A stretch of DNA of 64,000 nt from Octopus sinensis (Eukaryota): positions 55,304,001 to 55,368,000 of the forward strand of contig NC_042998.1 in NCBI RefSeq assembly GCF_006345805.1. The letters run 5' to 3'. This document shows, in pieces, positions 29,587-44,227 of this stretch. The notes beneath the pieces are model-generated. The model saw nothing but the letters and a program-made list of their open reading frames with translations, did no database searches and had not been told where the DNA came from. The position numbers and the translations under genes were made by a program. How positions within the stretch are numbered: the stretch's first letter is position 1; every line of letters begins with the position of its first letter.

Positions 29587-30963
29587 CAACAACAATATGG
29601 ATCTTGTCTTTCTCATTCGTAAAATGAACCCCACTTAATTTTGCTCAGATTACTTTCAAGTCTGGTGTATCGATGCAAGTCTGAATTTTGATTATGATCA
29701 ACCAATTACTTTATCTCGTAAATTAAAGAATCAAGAGTTATTTGGAATTCAATTTGGGAAATTTGGGTAGTCTTAGCCAATCGACGGCGTGGTATTAGCA
29801 GTTTGTTACCACAACAACCGCATGCTGTGTTGTGGTTCACTGTTGTCTGTGCCGCTATTGTCTATGTTGATTTTTCACACTTAATTCTTCACACCACGAG
29901 ATTCTTTCCACTCGTTTTGTTTGAATTTTTTTTTGTGTTAGTATATTACATATTTTTCTGTACTTCTGTGTGTTAGTATTTTTCTATGCCTTTTTCTATG
30001 TGTTACTATTTTTCTGTGCTTTTTCTGTGTTAGTATTTATTACATATTTTTCATTTCATATATTTTGGGGACTCATTGACTCAGATAGCTGGATTTATGA
30101 TTTCACTAGGTTAATGCTCTTCATAAAACTTTTAATTAGGAGTATTTCTTAAACCGTTGGCTTCACATTTCAACAGCTTAACTGAAATTTAGCCCACGTA
30201 ACAGGAACTGAGAGGGACAGAGTGTAACTAAAACTGTTGGTGATATACATAATTTGACATTATTTTAAAATTCTGCATGCAAAAACGTATTCTTTTCCTT
30301 GGGACAAATTCTTCGTTGACCAGTGTTATTCTTATCGTAATTTACAAATCCAAGCATGAAAACATTACTCAACTTTGGAGTTTTCGGGATAAACACACAC
30401 ACACACACACACACACATGAAAGCATAAATGTACATATAAACTTATATATGAATACATAAATCCACATGCACTTAATATTAATGATGTATACAAATACAT
30501 GACAAGTATACATAAAACTGAAATACGCATAAAGTAAACACATGCAGACAAATATATTAATACAACAAATTTTAAAAATAATAAACCTGTACAAAAGAGA
30601 CAAAAGATACAGGATTTTATTAGGTATTTCGGTTTATTTAGAAACCTACAACGAACAGATCAGACGCTAAACTCTAAATTCCACAGGGTACAGCCTTAAA
30701 GTTGACACCGCTCCGCTAAACGCAGAAAATTTCTGTCTCGCTATTGGCTAAAAATATACAGTTTTTTTCGATTTTTAAACCTCTATAACTTTTTCTCCAA
30801 TTTTTTTCTCCACATCATACCTTCAAAGCAATGAGACTGGAAAATTACAATATTATAGCCGATTTTCAGATGTTTTACTGTCTTTTAAAAAATGCATATT
30901 TTGCGAATGATAAAAAAATTAGATCCAATAATAATTCTGGGATGGAATTTGTAAATATTTGAT

Positions 30964-31100
30964 ACATCGCTACGCGCGTTTCCACAATTCACATTACTTT
31001 AACATCAGAAACTGTATCGTTGGGATGAGTCCAGTATAGTCCGTAGTATCCATTGACATTCGGTTGATCATCATCATTGATTCATTTCATCAGGCGATAC
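30964..31100 (-). ncRNA. Type I hammerhead-like motif with a 104-nt, poorly paired stem II region
   Basis: Stem I GUAUCGC/GCGAUGU; CUGAUGA; GAAA; palindromic stem III ACGCGCGU; GUA triplet. Confidence 0.65.
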
Positions 31101-31574
31101 TGTTTTAGTGGATGAATCACAGAGGGATGTTTATCCCTTCATGCCAGTATGAAGGCCAATCTAGGTATGTGGGTATTTCTGTGTGCATTTAGTGGGATGG
31201 GGGTAGGTGATGGGAGTAGAGGAAGTATTGGTAGTAATATGGGGATGGAGATATGTGTGTGGGGTGGTGGTGAACTTATTTGCTATTCATTCTGCACATT
31301 TTAAGGATAGTAGTACATTCAGCAGATTTAAGGATGGTAGTACATTTCTTTGTTCTATTTCATTCAAGACGTGACTCTCCTCAATAAATTCTGAACCCAG
31401 CAGGTGGTCAGCTGCTATACAGTGGGGTTTGTTGACCGAATTGATTAATACTACTCTCTTATGGTGACTTTTTCACTGTCTCTGTTGTTACAGTGTGCAT
31501 CATCTTAAACATTAGCATGTTTATTTGTTTAGGTTCCTTCACTGTTCTATAATTTGTTACGTCGTTTCAAAAAA

Positions 31575-31710
31575 ATGTTTTTCAAATTCCATGAATGATA
31601 TTTTGTTCCTATGCTTACATGATATGACCATCTCAGAGTGTCTGTTTATCACGTTTTCCTTGGATGTGATTATTTCCAGGGTTTCTTCAAGGCATATGTT
31701 GCACTAGTCA
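31575..31710 (-). mobile_element. PLE endonuclease C-terminal fragment (Cys/His-rich end)
   Basis: Minus frame CNICLEETLEIITSKENVINRHSEMVISCKHRNK matches the 'CxLCLxEKxxI...LLNKRSExxxxCRHxNK' ending of some invertebrate PLE GIY-YIG domains. Confidence 0.7.
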
Positions 31711-31972
31711 GTATCACTAGACGGCATAATGAAATAGGAACTTTATTTGTATACCCTTAACGTTACAATAAACGAATTTAATATATATATATATAGATCA
31801 TTAGCCACTACACATTATTGTCTATCCTTGTTTATTTCTGTGTTCTTTTCTGTGGAAGAGCGTAGGATAGAAACGTTAATCATTGTTTCGCTTCCCGAAC
31901 GTTATACTAATACATCTGTTTGTTGTCTACACCATCTGTCTTCGTCTTTCTTTTTCTTTTGTGAATTCTCCT

Positions 31973-32057
<85 letters not shown>

Positions 32058-32123
32058 CATACATACATACATACATACATACATACATACAACATACATA
32101 CATACATACATACATACATACAT

Positions 32124-32172
<49 letters not shown>

Positions 32173-32324
32173 ATATATATATATATATACATATATACAT
32201 ATATATATATATATATCCACTCACAAAGCTTTGGTCGCCCGAAAATATTGTGAAAAACATTTGCATCAAGGTGCCGCACAGTGAGACTGAATGCAAGACC
32301 ACATAGTTGGGAAGAAAGTTTGGA

Positions 32325-32800
32325 TCTTTTCCTTTTGAACGGCAGTTTTCAACACAATTTCTAGTTAACTAAACAGTTTTAAACTTCGTATATTGGTAGA
32401 ATGTGTCAAAATAAAACATTTTTTCTCTTGGTTTTCTTGAGAAAATTGTAATTTGTAAGTTTAACGTAGTTTAATTTTTCGAATTTTAACCAATCCTATG
32501 GCCTCTATTGAGCTAAAATCTTTATCTCAATAATTATGGACAGACTTGGTTTCAGAGAAATTCCAGAGCTAAAAATGTACTTCGTCGTATTTGATGAAAT
32601 ACGATTAAACGATCGTATTTTATGTAAGTTTTACTGATGGCTTATCAGAAAAAAAAAATACCGTAAACCTTACAGCAAATGACTATCAAATTATGGATAA
32701 GTAAGAACGACAATCACAAATCCAAACTTTAAAATATCTCAAGATAGCAGTAACCTTGAGGTGAACTTCAGCAAGAGCTAAGACAACATAAGTCATTCGC
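32325..32800. mobile_element. Probable non-autonomous DNA transposon fragment
   Basis: Non-coding AT-rich sequence with MITE-like text (TTTTCCTTTTGAACGGCAGTTTT...); no paired TIR found. Confidence 0.3.
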
Positions 32801-33934
32801 TTATCAAGGCCTCCCAGTCAGTTTGATTGACGGCATCCTGGACGAACAAGGCATTTTGCACCAGCTCGACTATAGAATCTTAGCGAAGTGATAAATGGCT
32901 TTCTACATTTAAGGCAGTGTCCTGAATTTTCTGCGAAGTTATTTACATATTTAACTGCCACTTCTATCACGATATATTCATGCAATAGAACTAGTCGCTT
33001 TTGATGGGGGATCTGGTTCATAGATTTCAAGGCGTATCTACACGTTTTGTGGGTTATTCGCTATACATCTGGGAGCCAAATCACTTCCAAGGCGCCTGTG
33101 GTCTAACATCTGCATATATATTTTATACACACATACATGCGCGCCCATGTGAATGTGTAATCAAGGGTATGAATGGTTGTTATATATATTTATACGTCTC
33201 TTTGTGTATCTATATGCCGAGCAATTATCGACACAAATGTACACGCACACACACACACACACACACACATATGTGTGTATATATATATATATACACATAT
33301 ATGTACACACAGGCACACACGCACAACGCGCACACACGTAAATGTGTGTGTTGTGTGTGTGTTTATGTGCGTTTGTGTGTGTGTGTTTGTGTATGTAAGT
33401 GTGTGTGTTTGTGTGTGTTTGTGTGCGTGTTTGTGTGTGTATGTACGTATGCGTGGGTGGACTTTTCGTGGCTATGCGTGAGTTTGTATGTGTTTACAGG
33501 AGGATCGTGCGCACGAATTTGAGTTTGTACAAACACACACGCATATATATGCATATACATGCACACACACAAAAACACTCATACATATATCTATGCACAC
33601 ACACAAACACTCATACATATATCTATGCACACACACACACACACACACACACATGCGCACACAGAAACCACACACACAGCTATATTTACGGTCATGCTGG
33701 CAATAGAAATACAGATGGTTTATATACATGCATGTCTATATGTACACATGTATTTACATAGGGAAGCTCCGTTCATTCCGAAGCCGAGAGTGATAAACGC
33801 CATCTGTCACGGAATAAAAACTCTTATACATTATATACACTCTCACTCAGACACACCCAATCAACTTTTCAAATCTGATCAAAGACACGAGGTGTTAAAT
33901 AAATTGTAAAAACAAAAATAAAATGATAATAATG

Positions 33935-34029
<95 letters not shown>

Positions 34030-34134
34030 AAGAAGAAGAAGAAGAATGGGGTCCGACCGAGCAAAATTGGAAACAATTGGTAAAAAAAAATGGTCGAGAA
34101 TCGCTGGTTTACTGGTCTTTCTTACTATTAATAA

Positions 34135-34718
34135 TCCTTTCTACTGTAGACACAAGGCCTGAAAAGCTGGTGTGCAACTGGTATTTATATCATCGACCCC
34201 GAAAAGATGAAAGTCAATCAACCTTGGCGGAATTTGAACTCAACACGTAAAGACGAACGAAATGCTTTTAAGAATTTTGTTCGAAGTGTGAACGATTATG
34301 CCATCTCGCCTTCTTCTTCTTTCCATTAATAAATATTTCAAATTTTGGCACTAGGCCAGCGATCTTGGAGGGGAAATAAGTCGATATCATCGACCTCGGC
34401 ACTCAACTGGTATTTATTTTATCGACCCCGAAAGGCTGGAAGGCAAAGTCGACCTCGGCGGAATTTGAACTGAGAACGTAGCGGCAGACAAAATACTACC
34501 CACAAGGAGCTAAACACAGAGAGGACAAACAAGGACAGACAAACAGATTAAGTCGATTATATTGACCCCAGTGCGTAACTGGTACTTAATTTATCGACTC
34601 CGAAAAGATGAAAGGCAAAGTCGACCTCGGGCGGAATTTGAACTCAGAACGTAACGGCAGACGAAATACTGCTAAGCATTTCACGCGGCGAGCTAATGTT
34701 TCTGCCAGCTCGCCGCCT
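34135..34718 (-). mobile_element. Three tandem SINE family A copies (34135-34315 and 34340-34497 tail a; 34498-34718 tail b)
   Basis: The central domain occurs three times in the same orientation. Confidence 0.85.
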
Positions 34719-35423
34719 TTATACTTTTCGTTAATAATAACTTGATATACCACCGATAAAATATTTTAAAAACAATAACGTTTAAATATAATCTAAAATA
34801 TTGACTGTATCACATAGAGAGAACCATCATTGATTAATGCACAAGGTAAATAAACATAAAATGAATACCAAAATAAAGCGGGGAATAAAGTTTATAAAAC
34901 AGAATGAATTGCCGTGTCAGAAAATACAAAAACAAGCAGACATAAGTGTCTTCATTGCGACCACAATACCACCACTACGAACAAATACTGAGTCAACAAT
35001 GGAGACACAATGTGAACGTTCAGCTTTGCTAGAATTTGCATCCACATTTCCTTCGAGTCATATCTTACTGCCTTAGAAAGAGATGGTTACATTGATTAAT
35101 GTAATCCTAGATACACTATCTCAATAGAAAATGTATGGCTATGGCTCGATGAGTATATGTATGCCAGATTAGGGCTGATCTGAGACCACACACACACGCA
35201 CACATAAATATATATATGTATATTACATATATTGTAGTATAGAATAAAATATACTTTTTTACAGGAAACGATTGCAACATTAATCTTAACTTCTCTTTCC
35301 CTCATCTTAATTATTATCATAATACACCCTGTGAAGCATATTTTGTGCTTATTGACTATACCTTGAATTTTCAAAGTACTCCCCGTTATAATCCATTGAA
35401 ATTTAATTGACTACTACGCTAAA

Positions 35424-35604
35424 AGTTCTGTATTTAAGAGATGAGGAATTATGTACATTATTTACATTATTTACATTTGACGGATATTTGTCCTCATCTT
35501 GTTTGTTAACACAACGTTTCGGCTGATATACTCTCCAGCCTTCATCAGGTATCTTGGGGAAATTTCGAACCTGGGTTCTCATTCCTAAAGTATTTTTGAT
35601 GTTA

Positions 35605-35680
<76 letters not shown>

Positions 35681-35770
35681 CATTATTGTTATTATTCAGG
35701 TCACTGCTTGGAATCGAACTCGGAATCTTGGGGTTAGTAGCCCGCGCTCTTAACCACAACGCCATATGCC
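35424..35770 (-). mobile_element. tRNA-headed, hammerhead-containing element (family E), complete head
   Basis: Box A TGGCGTTGTGG, anticodon-like loop CTACTAA, box B GAGTTCGATTCC, (AAT)n spacer, body containing the HHR. Confidence 0.85.
35508..35553 (-). ncRNA. Minimal type I hammerhead ribozyme motif
   Basis: Stem I GAUAC/GUGUU; CUGAUGA plus one extra A; stem II GGCUG/CAGCC; GAAA; palindromic AACGUU; GUU triplet. Confidence 0.8.
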
Positions 35771-35798
35771 GAGTTCGATTCCAAGCGTAACCTGAATA

Positions 35799-35830
<32 letters not shown>

Positions 35831-35859
35831 TAATAATAATAATAATAATAATATAATAA

Positions 35860-35912
<53 letters not shown>

Positions 35913-36097
35913 TAACATCGAAAAACACCTTAGGAATGAGAACCCAGGTTCGAAATTTCCCCGAGACACCTGATGAAGGCTGGAGGGTATATCAGCCGAA
36001 ACGTTGTGTTAACAACAAACAAGATGAGGAAAAATATTCGTCAAATGTAAATAATGTAAATAATGTACATAATTCCTCATCTCTTAAATATAGAACT
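35768..36097 (+). mobile_element. Family E second copy, 5'-truncated at box B, inverted head-to-head with the first
   Basis: Starts CCGAGTTCGATTCCAAGC; body nearly identical to the reverse complement of 35424-35610. Confidence 0.85.
35965..36010 (+). ncRNA. Minimal type I hammerhead ribozyme motif
   Basis: GACAC-CTGATGA-A-GGCTG(GAGGGTATAT)CAGCC-GAAA-CGT-T-GTGTT. Confidence 0.85.
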
Positions 36098-36929
36098 GTG
36101 AAAGGATTTTGTCTATATATTTACTTCGACTGTCAACCTGCGCAGTGACCCAGTCAGGAAACAGGATTTGGAAGCTGTCGTTTCGTTTTTATGTAAATAA
36201 ATGTTTATGTTAATTTAAAAGATTTATCGAAATCCTTTAATTTAGCTGTTATTTTTAGCACGACACGTATTATGTCTCCGATAATTTTCTTTCATATAAA
36301 TAAATGTTTATGTTAATTTAAAAGAGTTTTCAAATTCGTTGCATATACATAGTTTTTTTTGCATGTAGTGTCTTCCATACTTTTTAAATTTAAATCATCG
36401 TATATTGGCATTAAAGAATATTTTTAACTGTTATTAAATTGACTAGGAACACTGTATGCGATGAATATCCAATACCAAACAATCTTAATCTCCATATTTA
36501 AGCTGCATTAAACTTTGACAAGCTTACCTTTACCTATTCTGAGTTACATGAAAGGTGATGTTCCATTTCCTCTCATCTATTTGCTAATACATTTGTTTAC
36601 CTACCAGTGCATTCTTTCATTTATCTATCCATTATGATATTTCGACTGTTGTCCATTGTTTCAAATACGCTTTAGTATTGAGGTTCTAGCCTTTTTAAAA
36701 CAATCACATATGATTCGTCCCAAAGAATCAACCTTTAAATAAGAGTTTTGCTACCACTAGCGAAAGCTATTCGTATCTTTCAGAAAGCTCCATACCAATT
36801 TTACTTTATGCGGCATTCGCTGTTACTTTATGCGCAAGCTATGTGGGAAGACAGAATAAAAGGGCTTTTGCTACCTAATAATAGAATTGATAATCGATTG
36901 GTACACTAAAACCCATTTTCCTCTTCAGA

Positions 36930-37780
36930 TAATACAAGCATGCCACCTAAAAACAGAGCACGCATTGGCAGAAAGTCTTCTGCAGTGGCAAGGCAGCAGT
37001 GCTGGCAGACTAAAGAAACTGAGGACCAGAGGTCCTGTAGACTGTTAAAAAGAGCTGCCGCTGCTAGAGCTGCAACTTACCTAGAGCAGCGTGCAACATT
37101 TAGAGTGCGTGCTACTGACGCAAGGCCCCCACAATAGTGTGCTATCCGTTGGGCACGCAACGCTGCATACGCTACTGCTACGAGGGCTGAAGAAGCCTCA
37201 GAAGTGAGTGCTATCCGTCGGGCACGCATCGCTGCATCCAATCTGTTGCAAGGTTGGCAGATGACAATAACTATCGGATGATGAGACTTCAGTCTAATGT
37301 TCACCGGGAGGCTCTTGCCCATGGCTATTGGAAGCCATCGAGTAAGTCGATGGGTGTCGAAAGAGCTCAGCTATGCTCCTGCCGAGGATTACGCTACTCT
37401 ATAATATGTCCATTTGTAAGGCCTTCAAGTGGGTTAGAGAATCCAGTGGCCTATGCTGCTCAAATGGAAAAGTTCGCTTGCCTGACCTGCAAAACACTAC
37501 CCAGCCTTTTCCCTCTTTACTCTTTGGTCAACACCCTGATTCGCATCAATTTATACAGAAAATTCGCGCTTATAACCCTGCCTTCCAGATGACAAGTTTC
37601 AGTCACAAGCCCATTCATGAAGACTCCTGTATGCCAACGTTTAAAATTCAGGGCCAAACTTATCATTGGATAGGTTCTATTCTTCCTGTCAACACCACTG
37701 AACACCGATTCCCTCAAATTTACTTCATGGGATATACCACTGAACAAATGGCTTGCTGAGCTCAGGTGGCACCTGGAACA
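36930..37780 (+). mobile_element. Helitron Rep/Hel N-terminal fragment, frameshifted
   Basis: MPPKNRARIGRK start, arginine/alanine-rich repeats, CKAFKWVRESSGLCCSNGKVRLP, IRAYNPAFQMTSF, PTFKIQGQTYHWIGSILP, QIYFMG. Confidence 0.9.
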
Positions 37781-37849
37781 AAGTGGAAAAAATACTACCA
37801 AAGCAAATTAAACCGTCCAAAGGACGGGTGCATTTGCTACTATGTATAT

Positions 37850-37889
<40 letters not shown>

Positions 37890-37899
<10 letters not shown>

Positions 37900-38090
37900 A
37901 CACCATCGCTTGACAACTGATGCTGGTTTGTGTATGTCACCGTAAATTAGCGGTTCGGTGACAAAAAACCGACAAACTAAATACTAGGCTTTCATAGAAT
38001 AAGTTCTCGGATTGATTTCTTCAACCAAGGTGGTGCTCCAGTATGACCGCAGTGAAAAGACTGGAACAAATAAAAGAATAAAAGAATACG
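37890..38090 (+). mobile_element. SINE family B 3' part
   Basis: CACCATCGCTTGACAACTGATGCTGG...GGTGCTCCAGTATGACCGCAG. Confidence 0.75.
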
Positions 38091-38133
38091 TACGTACATA
38101 CATACATACATACATACATACATACATACATAC

Positions 38134-40324
38134 ATGCACACAACTTTTTCCACGCCCACGATTACTTCGCTGCCACGTAGAGTCTTCTCTGCAATTAATC
38201 TTGAAATTCTAACCGAGGCTTCCGCGCTTCTGGACTGGCGTTCCCTGATGACGTTGTCCTCAGTTGACGAACTATGGTCATCCCTCAAAGCATATGTAAT
38301 CTGTTTGACTGACCAGGCAGTTCCGTTGGACTTCCCAAGAGGAAAAAACACAAGCCCTGGGTGACGAAGAAGGTAAACGAGAACGTCGACTCAGAGATAT
38401 TGCTTGGGCTGAATTCAAAAATCGGGATTCGACTGCAGCTTTTGAGGTGTACAAAACTCAACGAGACCGAGCCGTGAAAATTGAAAAGAAAGAACGCTTC
38501 AGTTATGAATACAAAATCGCGGCAAATGCCAGTAGCAATCCAAAAACCGTCTTTGCCCATGTCCAGCGGAATTCCGCTTGAACAACCAGATTGCAACGTT
38601 GGTAGACTCAACAGGCGTATCGATTGAGGACCCTTATCAACAGAGTCAATTATTTGCCGAGGCTTTCTCAACTATTTTCAAACAAGATGATGGTCGTGAA
38701 CTCCCTCCATTTGATAGATCGGTACCTCCAATGCTTCGATTGATCATCACGCGGACCAAGTCAAACGTGTTATTCAAGGCCTCGATGTCAACAAGGGTCA
38801 CGGCCCTGACGGCATACACCCACGGGTTATCAAAGCGTTGGCTCGGTCATCTGCGAGCCCTTAAACACGACTATTCAATATGTCATTGGCGACGGGTGTT
38901 ATACCTGCAGACTGGAGAACAGCGATAATCTGCCCAATTTTCAAGAAAGGAGCCGCGAAGACCCGCTTAACTACCGACCGGTTTCCCTTACATCAATAAT
39001 CAGCAAGATGTTCAAAACCATCCTTAAGAAAAGTATGAGCTCCACCTCCTAAGCACAGCCTCGATCACTGATTCCCAAAACGGCTTCGTGCCGAAGAGAT
39101 CATGCTTGACCAACTTACTAGTAATGGAAGAATTGGTGACGCGCATCCTCGATGATAGTGATGCTGTTGACATCGTTTTATTGGACTTTGCCAAAGCTTT
39201 TGACTCGGTAAACCACCGCCTACTACTTGTCAAGCTCAAGCATATAGTTCCATCCGGATATTGTACGATGGGTTGGTGCCTTCCTCTCAGATCGCTCCTT
39301 CCAAGTTCAAGTTAATGGTTCGCGGTCCGACGTCTCCAGTGCGAGCAGTGGCGTGCCTCAAGGTTCAGTGCTTGGGCCCTTGTGTTCTTAGTCTTCATAA
39401 ATGACTTGCCCGACGACCTCACGCAACACACCCTTCTATTTGCCGACGATATCAAACTGGTCGCTCCTCGCGGTAGTATAGAGGATCTTCGTCGATGCCT
39501 CCACCAAATTTGGAAGTGGTCTAACGATTGGGACCTGTGTCTGAACGTTGTCAAAGTGCTGTCATCTGCCTGTCGGCTCTACTCCTGCAACTCAACTTGA
39601 TTTCGAGCCGGGTCGTCTGCTGCTGGAGAGGACCGATCAGGTAAAGGACCTGGGTACCTTGGTGGATTCCTCCTTTTCGCCTTCGGCCCAGTGCGTCCAT
39701 GCTGCCAACAAAGCGCGCGGAATTCTGTTTTTGATTCGACGGTCATTCGGAATGCTCACAGCAGCCATATTCCTGCCACTCTATGTCACGCTGGTGAGAC
39801 CCATATTGGAGTATGGGATTCAAGCCTCTTCTCTTTCTCCTCAAAGACATACAGCACCTCGAAAGAGTCCAGAGGCTGGCTACCCGCCTGGTTCATGGTC
39901 TCAAAAATTTGTCCTACGAAGAAAGGCTGAGGACGCTCGACTTTTATTCTCTTGAAAAACGCCGCCGCCGTGGTGATCTCATTCTCGCCCACAACATCAT
40001 AAGCGGGAAGTGTAACCTCTCGAAAGAGCTGTTCTTCACTCCTGCTCCGGAGCGTCGGCTGCGGGGTCATTCCGAAAAGCTCTACCTGCGACGATTTCAT
40101 CTCAATCGAAGGAGAGGAGCTTTCTCCGTCCGGGTTGCGGATCCGTGGAACAAGCTGCCAGACGAGATGGTGAAGATGCCGACGACCGCTTTGTTCAAAG
40201 CCTCCCTGGACCTCAAGTGGCCTGAACTCTTTACATGAACACACCCTGTACTTAACTCCATGTCCCCCTACATGGCCTTGCTATTTGCTTTTGAGCCAAA
40301 TTAACTAACTAACTAACTAACTAA

Positions 40325-40325
<1 letters not shown>
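38134..40325 (+). mobile_element. 5'-truncated CR1-clade LINE (ORF2 RT and C-terminus, frameshifted) with (TAAC)n tail
   Basis: GPDGIHPRV, NYRPVSLTS, SCLTNLL, LDFAKAFDSVNH, FINDLP, LFADDIKL, KDLG, VRPILEYG, LERVQRLATR, LEKRRRRGDLI, PWNKLP; stop at 40238. Confidence 0.97.
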
Positions 40326-42420
<2,095 letters not shown>

Positions 42421-42679
42421 ATGATAGATAGTTATTGTAAGTTGGCTTTGTTATTGTTGTTATATATGTAGGCAGAAATATGTTAATGAATATAAGTATT
42501 TGGTACAGTGGTTCCAAGTGCATACTGACAGAAATAGAATCCAAATGCTTTGTTATTAATTATTGACTCACATAGTAACAAACACACACACACGCACATT
42601 TTTTATACATGTTTGTATATTAGAGATGTACTTTTAAACCACGGCTATAGTATCTGTATATATCATACCAATGTTTTAA

Positions 42680-42895
42680 GGCAGCGAGCTGACAGAATTG
42701 TAAGCAGACAAATTGCTTAGCGGCATTTCGTCCGTCTTTATGTTCTGAGTTGAAATTCTGCTGAGGTCGACTTTGCCTTTCGTCCTTCCGGAGTCGATAA
42801 AATAAGTATCTGTCGGGCACAGTGGTCGATGTGATGATGTAATTAACTTAACCTCTCTCCCGAGGAAGCTGGACTTGTGCTAAAAATTGAAACCA
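42680..42895 (+). mobile_element. SINE family A, tail type a
   Basis: GGCAGCGAGCTGACAGAATTG head and central domain. Confidence 0.8.
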
Positions 42896-43262
42896 ATATT
42901 ATACTAATGAGATTTTTTTAATGTTTATTTCTTTCAGTATTTCAGAATTAATTTTGAATGAATTAAGTGCTAAGTGTTGCAATGCTACATTAAATCAAAC
43001 GCTAATCAGATGGCCGGTGAATAAAAGTCTCTGATAAAATGAATCTGTGCAATACACTTTTCAAACTCATGTTAGTGTTCATGGTCTCAAATATCATTAC
43101 ATATTATATTGTAAAAAACGAATGTCCAACGATGAACCCAGCCTTAACAATACTTATTGTTAAACGCTATTATGTTCTATCTATGTTTCACACCTTACTT
43201 TTATATGCGCATGTATATCACAGACATGCAATTACTTAAGATTATAAATGTTTCTATCATTA

Positions 43263-44227
43263 CAGGATGTCCAGGATAAATTTGACAGTCTGTATAAAAA
43301 TAAAAGAAAACATATTTAAAAAATCAAAAATACATGAAGCAGATTATGGCTGGGAGATGATAACTCAAAGTAGCCGTCCTCAGCTTCCACTACGGCCTCA
43401 AAACGACTCCATAATCGGGCACTTGTGTTCCTCACCATGTTCCTAGTGAGATCTTCGAAGATCTTGGTCACCAGTTCGGTCTTGGTGTCTTTCTTAATTG
43501 CACCCCACCCATAGTAATCCCTGAGATTATAATCGGGGAAAATAAGAAAGCTAGAAATTGGGGCTGGTGAAGTCGTAGAAATTCTGCGATAACCACTCCT
43601 AACTCTTCCCGGAGGTGGGACAAGGAACCGACTCCTGCTTCCACAAACTTATTTATTTCAGGGGGCTAAACATAGAGAGGACAAGCAAGGTAGACAAACG
43701 GATTAAGTCGATTACATCGACCCTAGTGCGTAACTGGTACATAATTTATCGACTCCGAAAGGATGAAAGCAAAGTTGACCTCGGCGGAATTTGAACTCAG
43801 AACGTAGCGGTAGACGAAACACTACTACGCATTTCGCCCGGCGTGCTAACGTTTCTGCCAGTTCGCCGCCTTTAAAACTTCACATTGCTGTCTGAATATA
43901 TCCTAAATTCCTGTTCAAAGATGTGGGGCACCCTCACTGGAGATACACCCAAAGACCATCACAGTTTGGAGGAACTTGATTTTCATGATGTTCATGTCAC
44001 GTTTTCATGATGTTCATGTCACTTTACAGTGTTCACAGACCAATTAGCAGCAACCACAATGTCGGCATCTTCACACCTGCCGCAAATAATTATGATTATT
44101 ATCAGCTAATTTTTTCTCAACTTTAATCTTTATGCATTCCAATGCTGTTGACTACTCAGCAATAGATCAAACTCTCCTTGATAAAAAAGGAGACATAAAA
44201 GCCGTCAAATTTAGTCCGAATACCCAG
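43263..44227 (-). mobile_element. Second internally deleted maT-like Tc1/mariner element with TA TSD, interrupted by a SINE
   Basis: QTVMVFGCISSEG, EWLSQNFYDFTSPNF, DYYGWGAIKKDT, SRFEAVVEAEDGYFE; TIRs CAGGATGTCCAGGATAAATTTGAC / reverse complement CTGGGTATTCGGACTAAATTTGAC, each flanked by TA. Confidence 0.85.
43650..43872 (-). mobile_element. SINE family A, tail type b, nested in the maT element
   Basis: Full head, central domain and tail b; AAACTT on both sides may be a TSD. Confidence 0.9.

Noticed and set aside
35695-35770. tRNA gene with an ACT anticodon-like loop
   Set aside because: T-stem and acceptor stem do not pair and it continues into a repeat body; treated as a SINE head
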